A DNA stretch of 63,940 nt, the filler included. It is 5 parts of 5 records of this genome, joined end to end, with 100 filler letters (N's around TTAATTAATTAA, not from the genome) between each part and the next. Parts side by side here need not be neighbours in the genome. Positions count along the whole stretch, not along the records: positions 58,831 to 63,940 come from SRR2962707_2466; 4 more parts are not named here. The stretch is one strand, 5' to 3'. A program made the position numbers and the translations under genes. Numbering within the stretch: position 1 is the stretch's first letter; the number at the start of each line of letters is the position of its first letter. The notes beneath the pieces are model-generated. The model worked only from the letters and a program-made list of their open reading frames with translations. It had not been told where the DNA came from and made no database searches. This document shows positions 58,832-63,940 of this stretch, in pieces.

Positions 58832-60364
58832 GACGGCTATCCGCATATCCGTGTTGTGGTTCGCAATGATTGGGACAAGTCCAAAGTGGCGCTTGTTTCC
58901 GGTGGTGGATCGGGACACGAACCGGCACATGCCGGGTTTGTCGGGGCAGGGATGTTGACCGCAGCAGTGTGTGGCGATGTCTTTGCATCACCATCGGTTG
59001 ACGCGGTTCTTGCCGGGATTCTGTCAGTGACAGGACCGGCAGGATGCTTGCTGATTGTCAAAAACTATACGGGTGACCGGTTGAATTTCGGACTGGCGGC
59101 CGAACGTGCGCGTGCGTTTGGACTTAAGGTCAGCATTGTTATTGTCGATGATGACATTGCGCTTCCCGACCTGCCGCAGCCGCGCGGTCTTGCGGGTACG
59201 CTTTTTGTTCATAAAATCGCGGGGGCGATGGCCGAAAGCGGTGCATCGCTTGAGGATATCACGGCGACGGCCGAACGCGTGATTGACGGCACAAAGTCGA
59301 TTGGCATGTCGCTTGACACCTGTACGGTGCCAGGATCACCAAAGGAAAACCGCATTGGTGCAGGCAAGGCCGAGTTGGGGCTTGGCATCCATGGTGAAGC
59401 AGGTGCGCAGCAGATCGATTATCACAACGCAGAACAGGCGATGGCGGCGGTGACGGCCAAGCTTGCCGCAGTGATGGAAAACAAACCGCATGTGGTGTTG
59501 CTCAACAATCTTGGTGGAACATCTGTGCTTGAGATGGCGATCCTGACAAACGATTTGATCAAATCATCTATTGCCAAGAACCTGAAAATGATTGTTGGAC
59601 CTGCAGCGATGATGACATCTCTTGACATGCGGGGGTTCTCGGTCTCGGTCTATCCGCTGAGTGCGGAGGACCATGCATGGCTATCGGCCCCATGTGCGCC
59701 ATCGGCTTGGCCGGGGTGTACACCAATTAAGCCGGTCAGCATCATCGAACTTCCCGATGGATTGACACCGATCCAGCCAATCCCGTCCGAGCATGCACAA
59801 ACGGCGGCCTTTCTGACCAAATGCTGCCAGATACTGATTGATGCCGAAGTTGACCTAAATGGGCTTGATGCCAAGTCAGGCGATGGTGATACAGGGTCTA
59901 CACTGGCCGGGGCTGCGCGTGCTTTGATCGGTGCACTCGACCGTCTTCCGCTGGCCGACCACACCCAGCTTTTGCGTGCGATCGGGCAGGAACTTAGCCA
60001 GACGATGGGTGGGTCTTCCGGCGTTCTTCTCGCCATTTTCTTTACAGCGGCAGGCGACGCGGCATCAAGCGGCCGGGCGATGGTCGCTGCCCTTAAGGAC
60101 GGACTTGAACGCATGCAGCAGATCGGCGGTGCGCAATTGGGGGATCGGACCATGGTCGATGCCTTGAAACCGGCACTCGACGCGCTTGAGGCAAATGGCA
60201 TGGCCGATGCTGCCAGTGCTGCGCGCAAAGGGGCGGTGCATACCTCAACTATTGTTAAGGCCAAAGCTGGACGCGCATCCTATATCAATGCGGAACAGCT
60301 CGAAGGGCATATCGATCCGGGTGCTGAAGCCGTTGCACGGTTGTTCGAACAGCTGAGCAAATAA
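58832..60364 (+). CDS. dhaK: ATP-dependent dihydroxyacetone kinase (fused DAK1-DAK2), 5' truncated
   Basis: SGGGSGHEPAHAG, KNYTGD and GLGIHGE; DAK2 motifs GDGDTG, GGSSG, GDRTMVD, GRASY and DPGA. Confidence 0.93.
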   Translation, partial: DGYPHIRVVVRNDWDKSKVALVSGGGSGHEPAHAGFVGAGMLTAAVCGDVFASPSVDAVLAGILSVTGPAGCLLIVKNYTGDRLNFGLAAERARAFGLKVSIVIVDDDIALPDLPQPRGLAGTLFVHKIAGAMAESGASLEDITATAERVIDGTKSIGMSLDTCTVPGSPKENRIGAGKAELGLGIHGEAGAQQIDYHNAEQAMAAVTAKLAAVMENKPHVVLLNNLGGTSVLEMAILTNDLIKSSIAKNLKMIVGPAAMMTSLDMRGFSVSVYPLSAEDHAWLSAPCAPSAWPGCTPIKPVSIIELPDGLTPIQPIPSEHAQTAAFLTKCCQILIDAEVDLNGLDAKSGDGDTGSTLAGAARALIGALDRLPLADHTQLLRAIGQELSQTMGGSSGVLLAIFFTAAGDAASSGRAMVAALKDGLERMQQIGGAQLGDRTMVDALKPALDALEANGMADAASAARKGAVHTSTIVKAKAGRASYINAEQLEGHIDPGAEAVARLFEQLSK

Positions 60365-60484
60365 TGCAATGAGAAGGTACGTATTTTCCCGGCGATAACT
60401 TGGTCAGGTAGAATTTTCGTTCATGGGCTTGCCCATTTTGACCTGCATCGGAAGCTTCAGAACAGTCATGTTATTGCTTTGGCT

Positions 60485-60526
60485 AAAACAAACCCGGCGT
60501 CCGCATCAGGGCGCCGGGTTTTTGTT
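60485..60526. terminator. Bidirectional intrinsic terminator
   Basis: Stem AAACCCGGCGTCC / GGGCGCCGGGTTT with loop GCATCA, flanked by A and T tracts, between convergent genes. Confidence 0.85.
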
Positions 60527-60549
60527 CGTTCTATATGCGGACGTCTTGG

Positions 60550-61704
60550 TTAGTAAACCTCGCGGTAGATTGCCTCAATATCCTTGGCGGTCATGTCGCG
60601 TGGGTTGCTTTCGATCAGGCGGTATATCTTGGTGAAGACTTCTTCTGCCATTTCAGGAAGCGAATCTTCGGTAACGCCAAGATCACGTAGCCGGGTCTCA
60701 AGACCGCTTGCGGGCACCATTTCTTCAATCCGGCGGACAAAGGCCTCGGCAGCCTCATCGTCGGATGCGAAATCGGCATCCTCAATCAGGCAAGGGGCGA
60801 GTTCCGCATAAAGCGTGCGCGCTTTAGGCAAGTTAAACCGCAGAACCTGCGCCATCACCAACGCATTGGCATGGCCATGCGGGATGTGGAACCGCGCGCC
60901 AAGCGGATAAGCCAACCCATGAATGGCGGCAACCGACGCATTGGCAAATGCCATCCCGGCAATCAGGGACCCTTGCAGCATTGCAGACCGCGCATCCTTA
61001 TCGCCCGGGCTTTCAATCACTTTCATCAGGTTTTTGCCCAGCAGCGACAGGGCGGTGACGGCCATGCCATCGGCAATCGGGTTTTTGCGCGTCCGGCTGG
61101 TGTAACCTTCAATCGCATGCACCATCGCATCAAGCCCGGTGGCCGCCGTGACCTTTTGCGGCAAGCCATAAGTCAGCTCCGCATCAAGCAACGCGATGTC
61201 GGGCATCAATTGCGGGGTATAAACAACCTGTTTTAGGTGATCTGGATCGGTAATTACCGACACCCATGTCACTTCTGATCCAGTTCCCGCCGTGGTCGGG
61301 ATCTGGATCAGCGGCAGGCGATCACCCGTCGCTTTGTCTATGCCGTAAATTTCTTCGATGGTTTGGTCACTATTGGCCAACAGGGCAACCAGCTTTGCAC
61401 TGTCAAGCGAGCTTCCACCGCCAAGGCCAATAACCCCGTCCGCTTTCCAGTCCTTGGCGCCGTCAATTGCCTGTTGCACGATATGCTGGGGTGGATCGGC
61501 GGCAACGTCGGAAAAGACCTGCACGGCGATACCAACCGATTCCAGCGACTGTTGCGCCTGATCGGCAAAACCAAGGGCGACAATGCCCGGATCGCAAATG
61601 ATGGTGACACGGGTGGCACCAAGTTCCTTCATCAGCGGGCCGGCTTTGGCAATGCCACCGGCCTCGCAAACGATGCGCGGGACACTTCGAAACATGAAAC
61701 TCAT
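60550..61704 (-). CDS. Iron-containing alcohol dehydrogenase
   Basis: GLGGGSSLD, IPTTAGTGSE and metal ligands DAMVH, AIHG, PHG. Start ATG 61704 after AAGGAG. Confidence 0.93.
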   Translation of the reverse strand: MSFMFRSVPRIVCEAGGIAKAGPLMKELGATRVTIICDPGIVALGFADQAQQSLESVGIAVQVFSDVAADPPQHIVQQAIDGAKDWKADGVIGLGGGSSLDSAKLVALLANSDQTIEEIYGIDKATGDRLPLIQIPTTAGTGSEVTWVSVITDPDHLKQVVYTPQLMPDIALLDAELTYGLPQKVTAATGLDAMVHAIEGYTSRTRKNPIADGMAVTALSLLGKNLMKVIESPGDKDARSAMLQGSLIAGMAFANASVAAIHGLAYPLGARFHIPHGHANALVMAQVLRFNLPKARTLYAELAPCLIEDADFASDDEAAEAFVRRIEEMVPASGLETRLRDLGVTEDSLPEMAEEVFTKIYRLIESNPRDMTAKDIEAIYREVY

Positions 61705-61726
61705 GGTGGGGCTCCTTGATCGCAGA

Positions 61727-63199
61727 TCAGTTGGCTTTTCCGGCAAGACCGCCGAGGCACATGTATTTGATTTCAACAAAGTCATCGACGCCGTATTTCG
61801 ATCCTTCGCGGCCAATCCCGGATTCTTTGACACCTCCAAACGGGGCGGATTCTGTTGAAATGATCCCTTCATTGATGCCGACAATGCCGTATTCCAACGC
61901 TTCGCCAACACGCCAGATGCGGCCAATGTCACGGGCATAGAAATAAGCTGCTAGTCCAAACGGCGTATCATTGGCCATGCGAATGGCTTCTTCTTCGGTG
62001 CTGAACTTAAACAGCGGTGCGACCGGGCCAAAGATTTCCTCGGAAAACATCCGCATGTCATCGGTCACCCCGGTCAAGATGGTCGGGGTGAAAAAGTTGC
62101 TGTCAGGCTGATGGCGGGCACCACCAAGAATGGCTGTCGCCCCCTTGGAGATCGCATCGGCGACCAGTGTTTCGACTTTTTCGATGGCTTTGGTATTGAT
62201 CAGTGGACCTTGGGTAATGCCATCTTCCATGCCATGACCAACGCGCAGTTTTGCAACCGCTGCGGCAAGTTTTTCGGCAAAGGCGTCATAGACACCCTCT
62301 TGCACCAGAATGCGGTTGGCACATACACAGGTTTGTCCGGCATTGCGGTATTTTGACGCAATCGCACCGGCAACGGCCTCGTCAAGATCGGCATCGTCAA
62401 ACACGATGAACGGTGCATTGCCGCCCAGTTCTAGGCTGACTTTTTTCACCGTACTGGAACATTGGCGCATCAAAAGTTTGCCGACCTGTGTGGAGCCGGT
62501 GAACGACAATTTGCGCACGATTGGGTTGGATGTCAGTTCATTGCCGATCTCCGCCCCATGGGACGCGGTAACGACATTGATCACCCCGTCGGGGAACCCG
62601 GCACGTTTCGCCAGTTCGGCCAATGCCAATGCCGTAAGTGGTGTGTCTTCCGCCGGTTTGATCACAACCGTGCAGCCCGCAGCCAGTGCCGGGGCACATT
62701 TGCGCGTGATCATCGCCATCGGGAAGTTCCACGGCGTGATGGCGGCAACAACACCAATTGGCTGTTTGATGGTGATGATGCGCTTGTCAGCCCCGTGCGA
62801 TGGAATGACATCGCCGTAAATGCGTTTGCCTTCTTCGGCAAACCATTCAATGAAGGACGCACCATAGGCAACTTCGCCTGCTGCCTCGGCAAGCGGTTTG
62901 CCCTGTTCGCGGGTCATCAAAAGCGCAAGGTCATCCTTGGCAGCCATGCACAGGTCAAACCATTTGCGCAAAACAGCTGCGCGGTCCTTGGCGGTACGTG
63001 CGCGCCATGCCGGAAGGGCATCATTGGCAGACTCAATCGCCTGACGGGTTTCAGACGTCCCCATATCGGGCACATTTGCAAGGTGCTCTCCGGTCGCGGG
63101 ATCAAGAACGGCAAAGGTGTTGCCGCTGGTCGCATCAATCCATGCGCCATTGATGTGGCCCTTGGTCTGCCAAAGGCCGGGATCATTTAACATAAGCAT
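61727..63199 (-). CDS. gabD: NAD(P)-dependent succinate-semialdehyde dehydrogenase
   Basis: ITPWNFP..ITRK, SFTGST, LELGGNAP, KYRNAGQTCVC, EEIFGP and PFGGVKESG motifs. Confidence 0.92.
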   Translation of the reverse strand: MLMLNDPGLWQTKGHINGAWIDATSGNTFAVLDPATGEHLANVPDMGTSETRQAIESANDALPAWRARTAKDRAAVLRKWFDLCMAAKDDLALLMTREQGKPLAEAAGEVAYGASFIEWFAEEGKRIYGDVIPSHGADKRIITIKQPIGVVAAITPWNFPMAMITRKCAPALAAGCTVVIKPAEDTPLTALALAELAKRAGFPDGVINVVTASHGAEIGNELTSNPIVRKLSFTGSTQVGKLLMRQCSSTVKKVSLELGGNAPFIVFDDADLDEAVAGAIASKYRNAGQTCVCANRILVQEGVYDAFAEKLAAAVAKLRVGHGMEDGITQGPLINTKAIEKVETLVADAISKGATAILGGARHQPDSNFFTPTILTGVTDDMRMFSEEIFGPVAPLFKFSTEEEAIRMANDTPFGLAAYFYARDIGRIWRVGEALEYGIVGINEGIISTESAPFGGVKESGIGREGSKYGVDDFVEIKYMCLGGLAGKAN

Positions 63200-63214
63200 T
63201 GTGGGGCTCCGTCG

Positions 63215-63940
63215 TTAAAGCACGCTGGCGTAAATTGCGCGCGCCGATTCAAAGGTCATCTCACGCGGATTGTTGATCAAAAGGCGTTCGACCTTCATCG
63301 CATCGGTGGCCAACATATCCAGATCGCTTTCGCTGACACCAACTTCGCGCAGCGTTTTGGCAAATGGCATGCGGTTGACCATGTCGGTCATGAACGCAAT
63401 GAACCGATCACAGGCAGCATCATCATCGGCAAACCGTTCACCCGGCAAAACCGCACGGGCAAGTTCGCCATACTGGCGGCATGCAGCGTCACGGTTAAAC
63501 TTCAGGACCTCGATCAGGACCAAGGCATTGCTGTGCCCATGCGGGACATGAAAATGCCCGCCCAGTGGATAGGCAAGTGCATGAACCGCCGCCACAGGCG
63601 CATTGGCAAATGCCATTCCGGCCATCATCGATCCTTGCAGCATGGCTTCACGTGCAGCCCGGCTTGGATTTTTTGAAACCGCATCGTCAATCGTGCTGGT
63701 CATCAGTTGCAAACCACGAATGGCCAGACCATCAGACAGCGCATTTTTCTTATGCTTGGTGGTATAGGCCTCAATGGCATGCACCATGGCATCAATGCCG
63801 GTCATGGCCGTGATGGATGCCGGAAGACCCATCGTCAGTTTGGCATCAAGAAGGGCGATATCAGGATAAAGCAACGGGGATACAACCCCCTTCTTTTCCT
63901 GTGTCGGGGTGGTGACGATTGAAATCGGGGTAACTTCCGA
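63215..63940 (-). CDS. Second iron-containing alcohol dehydrogenase, 5' end outside the window
   Basis: Frame open to the window end (SEVTPISIV..); DAMVHAIE, AAVHALAYPLG and VPHG motifs; paralogous to 60550-61704. Confidence 0.92.
   Translation of the reverse strand, partial: SEVTPISIVTTPTQEKKGVVSPLLYPDIALLDAKLTMGLPASITAMTGIDAMVHAIEAYTTKHKKNALSDGLAIRGLQLMTSTIDDAVSKNPSRAAREAMLQGSMMAGMAFANAPVAAVHALAYPLGGHFHVPHGHSNALVLIEVLKFNRDAACRQYGELARAVLPGERFADDDAACDRFIAFMTDMVNRMPFAKTLREVGVSESDLDMLATDAMKVERLLINNPREMTFESARAIYASVL

Overview
This window is not one genome locus. It is five unrelated contigs joined by four identical artificial 100-bp linkers (44 N + TTAATTAATTAA + 44 N) at 11173-11272, 36904-37003, 51297-51396 and 58731-58830. 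(1) 1-11172 is a GC-rich gammaproteobacterium (Marinobacter-like): beta-oxidation pair with a TetR regulator, hydrolases, rluF, chaC and a His-rich secreted protein. (2) 11273-36903 is a GC-rich gammaproteobacterium (Alcanivorax-like): tRNA-Gly/pgsA/uvrC/uvrY, a cstA + Cys-Cys-terminal small protein + Cys-free ArsA/Get3-like ATPase operon, and an ~18 kb acyl-CoA catabolic cluster. That cluster contains an itaconate/methylsuccinate-type (ich-ACAD-prpD-ict-ccl) operon and a shared TGTATAC-repeat operator in both divergent promoter regions. (3) 37004-51296 is an alphaproteobacterium (Thalassospira-like) carrying an unusual cluster: a stand-alone periplasmic-sensor-like membrane protein, a paralogous sensor-HAMP-MFS fusion, two orphan solute-binding proteins, a GNAT, a PLP ammonia-lyase, twin cyclic-peptide exporters and a type II thioesterase, followed by atzF. 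(4) 51397-58730 is eukaryotic. I reconstructed an 8-exon, ~1677-aa ankyrin-Ig-coiled coil-SAM-C2-like gene and a 2-exon METTL21-type methyltransferase from GT-AG introns. (5) 58831-63940 is an alphaproteobacterium: dihydroxyacetone kinase and an ADH-gabD-ADH operon. Taxonomic labels are inferences from gene content and codon style, not search results. The best candidates for an undescribed system are the sensor-HAMP-MFS / peptide-export cluster, the CstA-CC-ArsA module and the GntR-linked C5-dicarboxylate catabolic cluster.
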